A stretch of 64,000 nucleotides of DNA. Source: a virus. Location: positions 32,596 through 96,595 of the IMG/VR virus record IMGVR_UViG_3300031603_000002. The stretch is one strand, 5' to 3'. A program made the translations under genes and the position numbers. The notes beneath the pieces were generated by a model. That model did no database searches, was not told the DNA's origin, and worked only from the letters and a program-made list of their open reading frames with translations. This document shows, one piece after another, positions 11,501-21,091 of the stretch; the first letter of the stretch is position 1, and each line of letters opens with the position of its first letter.

Positions 11501-11710
11501 GAATTACGGGCGCCATCACACCCAGTCGGCGGTATCGCCGGCGATTTTGGTGATGTGTACGATGATGTGCCGCCATCAGCTGCAGATTTGGAAAGCGTAA
11601 GCTCGCAAATATCAGATCTGTTCGGCTCCAATACAGTAGCTGGCCAGGAAACAATGGAGCGTTTATCAAAGATCGCAAAAGGCCCGAATGACAAATCGAA
11701 GGGGGCATAA
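8564..11710 (+). CDS. baseplate / tail-tube initiator protein
   Basis: PFYFHDLR...GRQDPVRIY.NTERSMSFGF...PMIRLRLGD...GVITSL...PKMIDVSLGF.PIH tube-initiator-like segments. Confidence 0.7.
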   Translation: MSKNTFEQIAAQQLTDPAYDPQSDDKKSLEGVPVTEPNQADLSSSGITVLGSYLNSYTTSGRRQNGTGNEFYPSWEASEAPSLNRPTGKKEIQKEGKSFLQQDDNAKISSDAFFDTKDLEDLLSKDGSKESPSGNELLRSVEGNDHPLVRAVLDKLTKDNVYTPEKHTQFIKDNGTTNEEIATRGLFTIQRDLGSFILDGKQGKNESSGRRVQVSDMSKMALALLAQSVGNYTAAGSIMENGTISFLSRNLANPVEQLGIQGVSVDRLRLSGLYSSNPDIRRLIDGAKGQNDLITTQNQTNLNNRGISSDGGTDPKLQSSAYNSVSHSQLNSFMAPFGGLVGSAGMLTIAIEGVLGLLAISLLLSALPKGETKDYIDPESPWLYGLGSHRKNETTGATTILYDLLRITDTDYDFKSCVETGILLLLGFNPSVGKTGLKAALSNPASLGVFAANLALTPSYYANLFRQITRDTNDVVAGFREIGGTYSSGLTSIAAAIDKLVNSKAYQFVMMAAGVGDAALKSINGQLDMGTTNVLLQNQDIVPEQLEDKSSKSFRALGDWRRHVSRWSGGRNPLSLHTFPAAIVRQTETAGKHTAIRSYKKPSRDEVESIENDLDAEYMPFYFHDLRTHEIISLPAFITQFDESFNVTYNSNIGYGRQDPVRIYDNTERSMSFGFKLVAFNKEDFDEMWFMVNKLVAMCYPQYSKGRERQFSENETEYKFTQPFSQVPAASPMIRLRLGDVLKSNYSLSSAKKLFGDLSIEAATERNEYEVAKANNIEKARKKFEADKLGTMFEYGKLKDPTKTFPYASLGGRRKATWPDYAVVNFVPASFAGKFNLGSIIPGTKDNQRDVIAKSTTGSGRYIIKVTAADIAFDVASAKKAISADVEAAKAKLDAKLKLIRAPTNTQQSDFFRPENNAIIRSFNSTRGKGLAGVITSLAFDYGTYPYEITPGSRAPKMIDVSLGFAPIHDLPLGLDYKGELRAPSHPVGGIAGDFGDVYDDVPPSAADLESVSSQISDLFGSNTVAGQETMERLSKIAKGPNDKSKGA

Positions 11711-12007
11711 ATGGCATCAATAAACAGATATGAAAATGACAAGCTGGTGTCAGCCGGCAAGCTTTTAGGGACTAACGCCGCGATAATAAAACTCAGAAAT
11801 GCGATTTCAGCGGGCACAATACAAACGACGGCGACAGTGTTAAGAGGCGCTCAGCGCCTCGACGTAATTGCCCACGATAGTTATGGAGACGGTCGGCTTT
11901 GGTGGGTTATTGCGGCGGCATCAGGTATAGGTTGGTGGCTTCAGGCCCCCGCGGGCACTCGGATCGTAATCCCAAGCGATATCAGCGCGGTTTTAGAGGT
12001 AATCTAA
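11711..12007 (+). CDS. LysM-like baseplate protein (gp53/gpX-like)
   Basis: RLDVIAHDSYGDGRLWWVIAAAS...GTRIVIP. Confidence 0.8.
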   Translation: MASINRYENDKLVSAGKLLGTNAAIIKLRNAISAGTIQTTATVLRGAQRLDVIAHDSYGDGRLWWVIAAASGIGWWLQAPAGTRIVIPSDISAVLEVI

Positions 12008-14964
12008 TGGCAGTTCGAACAGCGAGAAAAATATACAATGACTTAGCACGATACTTCGGACTGCGCGAGCAGGATGCATTTCTGTCTGCAATTGAAAGCT
12101 CATCGGCGAAATCAACAAATTCAACACGTCAAACCAGCAAGGACATATTCTTTCAGGAGATTTTTGGTGACGGTGTCGAGTTCATGTCAGACGCTGAAAT
12201 CTATAAGCTGCTAAGTAGCTACGGCAAAAATGCAAAAATCGATGTTTGCGTGACGCCAGCAGATGAGCAAGGCAGTATACCAGACGATGTATTGAATTTG
12301 CCGGGTAAAGATCAGGGGTGGGGTAAACCAAAAGAAAAGCATTACGGAATATACACAGATCTTATCCAGACATCGAAAGTGGCTGAGCATTCATCGACTG
12401 TTTACCAGGTTTTCCCGGCTGCTCGAGGACATGACATTGCAGACACCGAAATCATCACACTGTTTCTGAGCAACTTGACATCACTAGAAATGTCTCGTGC
12501 AGTGCCGTACATCGACATCGCAGTGTCGACGGCTGTAGGGGAAGCCGGCGTTGATAAAGACACCGGAAACTTCGTGCAAGACGCACATTTTTCACTGGGT
12601 AGGTTTTTAGGTGCTGGTAAGTCTGAAAAGGCTCTCCGAGGCAAGTTTTTGGGTGAGGTTGGAACTGCTGACACGTTTGCGTCTAGCAAGCAATCAAATT
12701 TGCAAGCTGTTTCGTCAATGGAGGTTTTTACGTCTCCACAAACAATGGTGAACGCCGATAGAACATATGAGGCAGGTGAATCGAGGCCAATTGATAAGTT
12801 CCGGCCGTTTTTGAGTCTTGATGGGATAGAAATTAGCATTGTACCAACAGCGTTTGGAACTATTTCTCATAAGTCTGCGAAGCTGAATATGAAACTGTTC
12901 GACAGAGGCCGCCTGCAGGATATTGCCCCACTAGTTTCACCACAACGAAAAGGAAACATACAGTTTTATATCACATACGGCTGGTCGCACCCAGACGGCC
13001 AGTTTATACAAAGGGATGCCGATGCATCACAGGCAAAAATGGGCGACCTGATAAATGCAATGCGTATATCAGAGGCATATATTGTAACAAACAGCTCGTT
13101 TGAATTTGAAAGTGACGGAACTGTGGCGATCAGCGTTGACTTGGCAATGGTAGGTACAGGCGCTGCGTCGGCAACAGACATCCTAAGTGTTGCCGACAAC
13201 GAAAGCGTTGCTAGCGTGATGTCTGTTATGCACGCAATTCAGAAAAAGATGCGAGACATTCAAAAAAGGATGCCGAACGTTAGCATTCCCCAAATCGTCA
13301 TGGGCATAAGCCCAGAGAACGTTCTAAACCTTACGAAGAAGGATAAAAAAGCCCTGCATAAGGCATCCGCGAAGCTCAGAAAATCAGGAACAAGCCTAAA
13401 AGACATCAGCGCCGAGCTTGTCAAGTTAATCGGTGTCAGATCCCGTGGTAAGCAGTCATTGTTAAGTCGTGCTGAAAAAACAGTGCAAGATAATATCAAT
13501 GATCATATCGACTACCTTCGTTCAACCCCAGATCCATTTCTTCGACCGACTAAGCTCGGCGTTACATCATCGAAACTAAGTGGTAGGCACCTCACCAAGG
13601 CCGGCAAGCTTAACCAAAACAAGAAATCAAAAGCTGGAAAGCAGTCGTATATCTCATTTGGAAAGCTGATGACGCACTTTTTGACGCCAGTGTTCTCATC
13701 AGACAATAATGATTTGCAGTTGGTTTTTACGCCATTCAACAGTTCAGCCGGGGCGATGTATGATCACAATATTTCGCAGTTCCCAATTGACATTGACGAT
13801 TTACGAAAATATCTCGTTGCCGAAGCGAAAAAGAAGACAAAAATCTCAGCGTATGAATTACTGCAGTTTGTAGAGAAGTACTTTTTGTCATTTCAAGGAA
13901 ATAGCGCGTATGGTCTATCAGGGATTTACAGGCCTGACAAGCGAGATGATAAAACCCATGCCGCTGTGTATAGAAGGGAGATTGACAGGATACTAAGCAA
14001 AAAAGGAAACAGAAAATCGTTCAACAATAAGCTCCATGAGAATTTGCGAAACATTTATGAAATGAAACGAATCAGGCCAACGTTTAGACCACCACATGTG
14101 ACAATGAATATTGTGACAAGAAAGAGTTCCGACAACTCAGGAAAGAACATCACCCGGGTGACATTTTTTGATGCCGCCGCTGGCCAGGTTATGCCGATCA
14201 TAGACACATTCAACAAAGCAGCTCGATTAGGTCACTTCGTAAATGATTCGCTTAATGGTCCTGCAAACGAAAGAGGGGCGAGGCACAGCGAAACGTCAGC
14301 CGCAACATACAAAACTCTCCGTGATAGAAAACTTACGGCTTCACTTGCTGACCATCTCGACGGCGGCACAAAGAAAATTGATGACATCATCGAGGAAATA
14401 AAAAGGATATCGAAGGCTGATAAACTCCCGTTCCCACCAAAGAAAGAAATTGAACTAAGGGAGCGCCTCAACGCAACAGAGGTTTTCAATTTCAAAAAGG
14501 CAAAAAACAACATCAAAGAACTGTTTTTTGAGTTTGCCCCGAGTCTTATATATGGATCAGCAGGATCTGGTATCCTGTCGGCGAATTTGGCATCTCAACA
14601 AAATGATGCCCTCCTGTCAATCGCGCTAACGAAGGCAATAACTGGAAAAGATGGAGTCGGAGCAAAGGAAGATATGTCACTCCCACTGATGGTTCACCCT
14701 ACGACACTGAGGCTGGAAACATTTGGATGCCCGTATTTCCGGATGGCGCAGAAGTTTTTTGTTGACATGGGAACGAATACATCTGCTGACAATTTTTATG
14801 CAGTAACAAGTGTGAGCCACACAATCAACCGAGGCGAGTTCAAAACAAACGTCGATATGATTCAAACTGATGCATACGGATCGTTTGTCCATGTAGACAG
14901 CGAAATTGAAGATACGATCATCACTGTCGAAATTGCGAATGCATCGCAACGAAAAAAGTCCTGA
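12007..14964 (+). CDS. baseplate hub protein (gp27/late control D-like)
   Basis: ITYGWS; C-term LETFGCP...YAVTSVSHTI.RGEFKT; TAATG coupling to the LysM gene. Confidence 0.65.
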   Translation: MAVRTARKIYNDLARYFGLREQDAFLSAIESSSAKSTNSTRQTSKDIFFQEIFGDGVEFMSDAEIYKLLSSYGKNAKIDVCVTPADEQGSIPDDVLNLPGKDQGWGKPKEKHYGIYTDLIQTSKVAEHSSTVYQVFPAARGHDIADTEIITLFLSNLTSLEMSRAVPYIDIAVSTAVGEAGVDKDTGNFVQDAHFSLGRFLGAGKSEKALRGKFLGEVGTADTFASSKQSNLQAVSSMEVFTSPQTMVNADRTYEAGESRPIDKFRPFLSLDGIEISIVPTAFGTISHKSAKLNMKLFDRGRLQDIAPLVSPQRKGNIQFYITYGWSHPDGQFIQRDADASQAKMGDLINAMRISEAYIVTNSSFEFESDGTVAISVDLAMVGTGAASATDILSVADNESVASVMSVMHAIQKKMRDIQKRMPNVSIPQIVMGISPENVLNLTKKDKKALHKASAKLRKSGTSLKDISAELVKLIGVRSRGKQSLLSRAEKTVQDNINDHIDYLRSTPDPFLRPTKLGVTSSKLSGRHLTKAGKLNQNKKSKAGKQSYISFGKLMTHFLTPVFSSDNNDLQLVFTPFNSSAGAMYDHNISQFPIDIDDLRKYLVAEAKKKTKISAYELLQFVEKYFLSFQGNSAYGLSGIYRPDKRDDKTHAAVYRREIDRILSKKGNRKSFNNKLHENLRNIYEMKRIRPTFRPPHVTMNIVTRKSSDNSGKNITRVTFFDAAAGQVMPIIDTFNKAARLGHFVNDSLNGPANERGARHSETSAATYKTLRDRKLTASLADHLDGGTKKIDDIIEEIKRISKADKLPFPPKKEIELRERLNATEVFNFKKAKNNIKELFFEFAPSLIYGSAGSGILSANLASQQNDALLSIALTKAITGKDGVGAKEDMSLPLMVHPTTLRLETFGCPYFRMAQKFFVDMGTNTSADNFYAVTSVSHTINRGEFKTNVDMIQTDAYGSFVHVDSEIEDTIITVEIANASQRKKS

Positions 14965-14995
14965 AAATCTGGCATAACTTTGTTAGTATTACTAC

Positions 14996-16111
14996 ATGGA
15001 TTTATGCCTCCAAATCAAAAATGAGCTTCTTAGGGTCGGCAATGTTGCAGAAGATCTTGACGGGATTCTGACGCTTGATATGCTCGAGGAATTTCTATCG
15101 ATCGTCGACAATGAAAAGTACCAATTCGTTGGTGACGAAACACTTGCCATGACGAACATCCTCACAAGCGATTCATCATTGTGGCCCGTCATGATTGCAA
15201 AAAAGAAGCGGGATGAGATTGTCGCGGCTGCTCTTCGGGCAATGAAGCAAGCGATGAGTTTCGATGAAAACCAAACGTACTTGTCAACATGGCTGCAGGT
15301 TCGGGGTTTCCTTGACAGTTTGCACAGGATCTACACGGTTCCGAAGCCATGGAGCACAATCCGCCAAGAATCACAAATCATGAAAGGGAATGCATTCAAG
15401 GCATCAATTTTGACCGGAATTCTTCCAAGGGTGAAGTACTCAACGGCGGGTTCTGCAACGGGTCGCCTGACGATTACCAAGGGGCCGAATTTTCTTGTCG
15501 CCCCTGCAAAATCACGAAAAGCTCTCCGGGCGTCAAATGAAGAATCAGACATAGCAATTATTGATTTCACGTCCATGGAGCCACGAGTTGCCCTAATGCT
15601 ATTGAAACATGATATCGGAGACATGGATGTGTATGAGCATCTTATGGATGCCTGTGATATTTCGACAAGACCAGTAGCCAAGCTCGCGACGATCTCAGCA
15701 TTATATGGAGCGTCAGCACGTAGCCTCATAGAAACAGTAAAGTCAAAAAGTAAGGCGACATCAGTCGTGGCAAACGTCAAGGCATTTTTTGATGTGTCGA
15801 GCCTAGAGGAAATGCTAGAAGAACAAGCCAGACAAGGATTGGTCAGGAACTTTTTCGGGAGACCGCTCTTCGACGCGACAAAAACGGAAAGAGTAAGGGT
15901 TAACCACTACATTCAATCAACCGCTGCCGAATTGGCAGTATTACTATTCGCGAAGCTGTGTGACGCGGTACCTTCCTTAAAGCCTCAATTGGTGATTCAT
16001 GATGCTTTAGTAGCTGAGGTTCCAAAGCACGACATTGAAAAATTGAAATCCGCTCTGAGGAATCTTCAGTTTGAAAACACAAAGTTTCCATCGACGCTGG
16101 CTATTGTTTGA
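14996..16111 (+). CDS. compact family A DNA polymerase (polymerase domain only)
   Basis: TGRL, DFTSMEPR (motif A), RPVAKLATISALYG (motif B), NHYIQSTAAE, IHDAL (motif C). Confidence 0.85.
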   Translation: MDLCLQIKNELLRVGNVAEDLDGILTLDMLEEFLSIVDNEKYQFVGDETLAMTNILTSDSSLWPVMIAKKKRDEIVAAALRAMKQAMSFDENQTYLSTWLQVRGFLDSLHRIYTVPKPWSTIRQESQIMKGNAFKASILTGILPRVKYSTAGSATGRLTITKGPNFLVAPAKSRKALRASNEESDIAIIDFTSMEPRVALMLLKHDIGDMDVYEHLMDACDISTRPVAKLATISALYGASARSLIETVKSKSKATSVVANVKAFFDVSSLEEMLEEQARQGLVRNFFGRPLFDATKTERVRVNHYIQSTAAELAVLLFAKLCDAVPSLKPQLVIHDALVAEVPKHDIEKLKSALRNLQFENTKFPSTLAIV

Positions 16112-16137
16112 TATTTATTATGTGGAAAGGTGATACA

Positions 16138-16635
16138 ATGAACGACAAACTTGATGCGATGCTTTTAGAAGCGGTTAAAGATTTTCTACATGAGGAAAAA
16201 GCCAGTAAGAGTAAGGTGGACTATCGGGGAGCGTATGGCACCGGCGGTGCCTTTAGCAAAGAGATCGCGTTTACTAAAGGCCGGGCTGAAACTGATCCAA
16301 AAGGCCTATTACGCGATCTCGGTATAACTCAAAAAGCAGAAGGAAAGACTGACGCAATCAAAGCGGCATCTATCTTGCAACAAGCAATTCGGGCAAACGA
16401 GACCATGGCTGAGGCCTTCGGTGACGTCAAAAGAACGATGACGAAGACTTCAAAAGGTAAAGACATTGAAGGTTTTAGCATTTCGTTTGATGACGATTTG
16501 AAACAACGTGATGCAACGAAATATCTCGTCATCACCTTACGTGCTGCGGAGAATGGTGGCGTGCTGCACCTCGACAAGGGCATCAGTTTTGCTAGTGCTA
16601 AATTGGTTTCAAAACCAACAATTTACTCAAAGTAA
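16138..16635 (+). CDS. late hypothetical protein
   Basis: ATATTTA at 16111, AAGGTG SD; N-term LLEAVKDFLHEE. Confidence 0.65.
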   Translation: MNDKLDAMLLEAVKDFLHEEKASKSKVDYRGAYGTGGAFSKEIAFTKGRAETDPKGLLRDLGITQKAEGKTDAIKAASILQQAIRANETMAEAFGDVKRTMTKTSKGKDIEGFSISFDDDLKQRDATKYLVITLRAAENGGVLHLDKGISFASAKLVSKPTIYSK

Positions 16636-16670
16636 TTGAAAATATTCCGCTATATGACTATAATGTTATC

Positions 16671-17243
16671 ATGGAAAATTTTGAAGAACTAAAACAAACG
16701 TATAGCATGTATTTGACACTTCTCGAGAAGTTCTTTCCCGAATCCGTCGATGCAATTAAAGGCATCGAAGCAGATCTTGGAGAACGATTATTTCTTGCGC
16801 CGAGAGACATAACCCCAGATTTGGGCGGGGTTCCAGGGGGATTAATATCGTTTTCACTGAATGTGGCTAAGCGGACGAAGATATTTCATGAAACTGTCAA
16901 TCATAGATCGTTGGTGAGGGTTGCCTTACTTCATGAACTGGGTCGTGTCGGTGGTCCTCACGCTGATTTGTTTGTGACGGAAACGTCTGATTGGCACCGA
17001 GAAAAACTGAATCGCAACTACAAATACAATGAAGCATGTCCAAAAATGTCGTCATCTCATAGAACGCTATTCTACATAGCGAAGTATGGTTTCAAGGTGA
17101 CGGTGGACGAGTGGGTTGCCATCTTGACATCGGCCGGGTTTCAATATGACGAGAACCGTTTTTACGCGAATGAGAACCTACCATTGGCCAGCGCGCTACA
17201 AATGTGCCGCACGTTAGAGTTCAATGAAATGAAACAAAAGTGA
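16671..17243 (+). CDS. degenerate HD-domain protein (YhaM-like)
   Basis: GGLISFS, ALLHELGRVG (HD replaced by HE); TTGAAA-17-TATAAT just upstream. Confidence 0.6.
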   Translation: MENFEELKQTYSMYLTLLEKFFPESVDAIKGIEADLGERLFLAPRDITPDLGGVPGGLISFSLNVAKRTKIFHETVNHRSLVRVALLHELGRVGGPHADLFVTETSDWHREKLNRNYKYNEACPKMSSSHRTLFYIAKYGFKVTVDEWVAILTSAGFQYDENRFYANENLPLASALQMCRTLEFNEMKQK

Positions 17244-17285
17244 ATATAATGTTGTCAAAACGAATGCAACAGGATATTTAGATAC

Positions 17286-17552
17286 ATGAAGAATAACAAG
17301 GAAAAGAGCCTTTGGGAAGTTGTAAAGTGGATGCATGAAATCTATGATAAGGGTGAGGACGATGATCCATCGACTGAATTGCTCGTAGAACCAGACGCAT
17401 CGACTGAAAATGAGGAAGATGCCCAAGAGCAAAGCGTTGCAGCCGGTGTAGCCGGTGTCACGACTCCGCTGGGAACAGACTCAGCATATCCAGACAAGAA
17501 GTCCGCAGTCGCGGCATCCGGTGGCAACGCAAAAGCACCAAACACTAAATAA
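17286..17552 (+). CDS. small acidic late protein
   Basis: ATATTTA 5 nt upstream of ATG; EQSVAAGVAGVTTPLG. Confidence 0.6.
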   Translation: MKNNKEKSLWEVVKWMHEIYDKGEDDDPSTELLVEPDASTENEEDAQEQSVAAGVAGVTTPLGTDSAYPDKKSAVAASGGNAKAPNTK

Positions 17553-17649
17553 ATATTTGAACAACAGCAACAAAAACAATAAGATATAACATACAAATTT
17601 GACAAATTGCAAATTGTGGAAGCCTAATTTATAAACTTGGAGGTTTAAG

Positions 17650-18438
17650 ATGGCAGTTAATTTAGAAGCACTACGTAAGAAGTTGGCCCAATTGAATGGT
17701 GAGGGCTCTCGAAAGAATGCGTTCTGGCGACCTGAGAAGGGTAAGGAGTCCGTTGTACGACTCATCTCTTTTCCAGACAACGACGGACAACCGTTTAAAG
17801 AACTTTGGTTCTACTACAACATCGGAAGCAATCGCGGCCTGTTGTCACCGAACCAGTATGGTAAGCCTGACCCAATTCAGGAGCTAATCAACAAGCTACG
17901 TGCCCAGGACACAAAGGAAGGTTACGAGCTTTGCAAGAAGCTATACCCGAAAATGCGTTCATACGTCCCAGTCATCGTTCGTGGTGAAGAGGACAAGGGC
18001 GTTCGTTTGTGGGGCTTCGGAAAGCAGGTTTACCAGGACTTGATTACCACAATGCTTGATTCTGACTTTGGCGATATTACAGACCCGAAGAACGGATTTG
18101 ACATCAAGGTCACCGTGACCCAGCCTGCTGGTCAGCAGTACGCGAAGACGACTCCTCGAGCTCGTCCAGTTCGCTCGCCGTTGAGTGAGGACAAGAAGCA
18201 AGCGAAGGAATGGCTCGACGCCATCCCGAACCTTGATGACCTGTTCACCTTGAAAAGCTACGATGAGTTGGAAAACATCATCAACGCGTGGTTGGAGAAC
18301 CCAGACGACGATGCGCCCTCGGCTCCTCGTCATTCCCCAAAGAAAGCCGACGAGTCAGAGGAAAAAGCAGGTGATGCTGCTAAGCCTTCGACGTTCCAAG
18401 AGTTGGACGACGCTTTCGCTGATTTAGACAAGATGTAA
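17650..18438 (+). CDS. single-stranded DNA-binding protein (T4 gp32-like)
   Basis: FWRP, RLISFP, LWGFGK, DITDPKNGFDI, acidic tail ELDDAFADL; GGAGG SD. Confidence 0.85.
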   Translation: MAVNLEALRKKLAQLNGEGSRKNAFWRPEKGKESVVRLISFPDNDGQPFKELWFYYNIGSNRGLLSPNQYGKPDPIQELINKLRAQDTKEGYELCKKLYPKMRSYVPVIVRGEEDKGVRLWGFGKQVYQDLITTMLDSDFGDITDPKNGFDIKVTVTQPAGQQYAKTTPRARPVRSPLSEDKKQAKEWLDAIPNLDDLFTLKSYDELENIINAWLENPDDDAPSAPRHSPKKADESEEKAGDAAKPSTFQELDDAFADLDKM

Positions 18439-18458
18439 ATGACTGTGTAAGGTCAGCG

Positions 18459-18502
18459 ACAAAGCGGGGACGGCATTTATTGTCATCCCCGCTTTGTTCT
18501 TT
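18459..18502 (+). terminator. rho-independent terminator after SSB
   Basis: ACAAAGCGGGGA...TCCCCGCTTTGT inverted repeat followed by a T-rich stretch. Confidence 0.75.
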
Positions 18503-18529
18503 GGAGGTAAAAATACTAATATTACATAC

Positions 18530-19795
18530 ATGGAGAAAATTATGGTAGTAAAAAAGAAAGTAACGCCAAGAAAGAAACCAGCGCCACGAAAAAAGAAAGT
18601 CGCTAAGAAAGACGAGTTGACCGAGGACTTTACAAAAGACCTGATTGCCTCGCTAAACAAAGAATTTGGTTCAAAGGTTGCGTATAATCTAGGCACCGAA
18701 ATTTCTCCTACACATGTAAAGCGGTGGATTCCAACAGGATCACGCCAGATTGATTACATGGTCGCAAACCGCCGCCATGGCGGGCTTCCAGAAGGTCGTA
18801 TTATCGAAATTTTCGGTCCGCCTTCGATCGGCAAGTCACACATCGCAACCCAGATTGCAAGGTCAACTCAAGAAATGGGCGGGCTGGCTGTATATATTGA
18901 CACCGAGAACGCAACCTCAGTTGAGAATCTGGCAATGCTCGGTATCGATATTTCAAAACGATTCGTTTATGTTGACCAACACTGTACAGAAGACGTCTTG
19001 AAAACCGCAGAGTCCACGATCTTGAAAGCGAAAGCTATGAAAAAAGACGTGCCGATTACAATAATCTGGGATTCTGTCGCAGCATGTTCCCCAAGGGAAG
19101 AACTTGACGGTGATTACGACAAAAACTCAATTGGACTTCAAGCAAGAGCTATCTCAAAGGGCATGCGCAAAATCACAGGTGTCATTGGAAGCCAAAATGT
19201 CCTCCTTGTTTGCCTGAATCAAACGAGAACGAAAATCGGTGTGATGTTTGGTGACCCAACGACGACTCCAGGTGGTGCCGCGATCCCATTCCATTCGTCA
19301 GTAAGGATCAGGCTCGGTGCCGGTCAACAAATCAAAGCCAAAAATGGAGATGTGATCGGCATCCACGTGTGGGCAAAGACAATCAAAAACAAGGTTGCCA
19401 TGCCCTTCCGGAAAGTCAAATTCGAAATCCACTTTGGTAAGGGCATTTTTGAACATGAGCAGATTTTTGATGTGTTGCGGAAACACGGCCCTGAAGATAT
19501 TGATGGGAAAACGATATCAGTCAGCGGAGCCGGCGCAAGCAAAGATTTCATTGTCACCGACACAGAAACCGGCGAAGTCCTTATCGAAAAGAAGTTCTAC
19601 AAATCGAAATTCAACAAACTCCTAGATAGCGATGAATATGGTCCGTACCTCGCAGATTTGTTCGACAAGGTTTACGTGAAAACAATAGCGAACCCATATG
19701 ACATGGAAATCGACGAGAACTCATATGAAGAGGTAAGTGCCTTAGCGGATGAGCTAGGAGCCATCGACGCCGATGTCCTAGAGGAAATTGCATAA
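18530..19795 (+). CDS. recA: RecA/UvsX recombinase
   Basis: GRIIEIFGPPSIGKS, IDTEN, WDSVAA, NQTR.KIGVMFGDP.TTPGG. Confidence 0.95.
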   Translation: MEKIMVVKKKVTPRKKPAPRKKKVAKKDELTEDFTKDLIASLNKEFGSKVAYNLGTEISPTHVKRWIPTGSRQIDYMVANRRHGGLPEGRIIEIFGPPSIGKSHIATQIARSTQEMGGLAVYIDTENATSVENLAMLGIDISKRFVYVDQHCTEDVLKTAESTILKAKAMKKDVPITIIWDSVAACSPREELDGDYDKNSIGLQARAISKGMRKITGVIGSQNVLLVCLNQTRTKIGVMFGDPTTTPGGAAIPFHSSVRIRLGAGQQIKAKNGDVIGIHVWAKTIKNKVAMPFRKVKFEIHFGKGIFEHEQIFDVLRKHGPEDIDGKTISVSGAGASKDFIVTDTETGEVLIEKKFYKSKFNKLLDSDEYGPYLADLFDKVYVKTIANPYDMEIDENSYEEVSALADELGAIDADVLEEIA

Positions 19796-19796
19796 G

Positions 19797-20762
19797 ATGA
19801 ATCAGCCTGCCCACCAAGATCGTCCAGTTTTGATTATCGACTTCATGAACATGTTCATCAGGCATTTCAAAGCCAACCCGTCAATGGCATCCACCGGAGA
19901 ACCAGTCGGCGGAGTTATGGGCTTTCTTGGTGGTTTGGGACGGTTGTGCGAAACATACAATCCAAAAAAGGTAATCGTTGTTTTCGAGTCAGGCGGAAGC
20001 CAAAGAAAACGAGCAATTTCAGCGTCGTATAAGAACGGTCGAAAGGCACCGAAAATGAATCGGTACTACGGCGATGACATTCCAACGACACCTGAGAATT
20101 TTGCCATGCAAGTTCTGTTTATTACCCGTGCATTGAAATGTTTGCCGGTGACACAGGTGTACGTCTCAGGCTGCGAAGCAGACGACGTTATAGGTTACCT
20201 AGGCCGGTACCATTTCAAGACGTCCAGGGTCATTCTGGTGTCTTCAGACAAGGATTTCTATCAGCTCATCGATGAACGAGTGCAACAATGGTCGCCCGGA
20301 CAGAAAAAGTTGATTACAGAACAGGCTGTTATAGACAAGTTTGGTGTTTCTCCACAGAATTTTTGTTCAGCGAGGGTGTTCATCGGGGATCCGAGTGACA
20401 ACGTTTCTGGTGTGAAAGGTGTAGGCTTCAAGAATATGGCAAAGTGGTTCCCGCAACTGGGTGGATCCGAGTTCATTAGTCATAACGATGTTGTTGATAG
20501 CGCCATCGAATTGGCGAAAACAAAGGCAGCCAAAACGATTCATCGGATTGCTGAATCTAGAGATTTGGCGCTGAAAAACTGGAGACTGATTTACCTGGAT
20601 ACATCTCAACTATCAGGAGACCAGATTCAAAAGGTAAATCATCAGATTGAAAATGAGGGTGAGGGAAACAAGATGCAGTTGATGCGTCAGTTAATCCAAT
20701 CGGGCATGCAAAAATTTGATATTGATCGACACTTCGCCGCGATTATGTCAATTCGACGCTAG
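19797..20762 (+). CDS. 5'-3' exonuclease / flap endonuclease
   Basis: IIDFMN, YKNGR, EADDVIG, SSDKDF.QL, GDPSDNVSGVKGVG. Confidence 0.9.
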   Translation: MNQPAHQDRPVLIIDFMNMFIRHFKANPSMASTGEPVGGVMGFLGGLGRLCETYNPKKVIVVFESGGSQRKRAISASYKNGRKAPKMNRYYGDDIPTTPENFAMQVLFITRALKCLPVTQVYVSGCEADDVIGYLGRYHFKTSRVILVSSDKDFYQLIDERVQQWSPGQKKLITEQAVIDKFGVSPQNFCSARVFIGDPSDNVSGVKGVGFKNMAKWFPQLGGSEFISHNDVVDSAIELAKTKAAKTIHRIAESRDLALKNWRLIYLDTSQLSGDQIQKVNHQIENEGEGNKMQLMRQLIQSGMQKFDIDRHFAAIMSIRR

Positions 20763-21091
20763 CCAGAATATTCTGTGCCCCATTCTTCAACAGCAGCCTG
20801 GACCCGCTGAACAGGGACGCCTTCATCTTCGGCGACTTGTTCAATTGCATACTTCTCAGCGTTATAACCAGGTGCACCGTAAGCAATGTATTCACCAACA
20901 TATTGAGCGAGGTTAAAGTCAGAAGCCTTAGGTGGTCGACTCTGTTGTGGTCTCCGGCGTGGCGTTGAAGCCCCGGGAACCATACGTTGTTCACCATTGT
21001 GATCTGTGTACCAATCAAGCGTTGAATCTCGAATATCAGCCAGTCCGGCTTCACGAATGAGTTTTGTTAGTCGTTTTTTTGTAATTTTCAT
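20759..21091 (-). CDS. leader-bearing putative head-internal protein
   Basis: N-term MKITKKRLTKLIREA; coupled to the upstream minus-strand ORF. Confidence 0.75.
   Translation of the reverse strand: MKITKKRLTKLIREAGLADIRDSTLDWYTDHNGEQRMVPGASTPRRRPQQSRPPKASDFNLAQYVGEYIAYGAPGYNAEKYAIEQVAEDEGVPVQRVQAAVEEWGTEYSG

Noticed and set aside
4337-14949. Many long minus-strand ORFs opposite tail genes (and similarly elsewhere)
   Set aside because: Shadow frames of real plus-strand genes; no SD, promoter motif or protein motifs.
763-14964. Tail module as a bacterial contractile injection system or tailocin
   Set aside because: It is contiguous with phage replication genes (gp32-like SSB, UvsX-like recombinase, helicase) and phage-type promoters.
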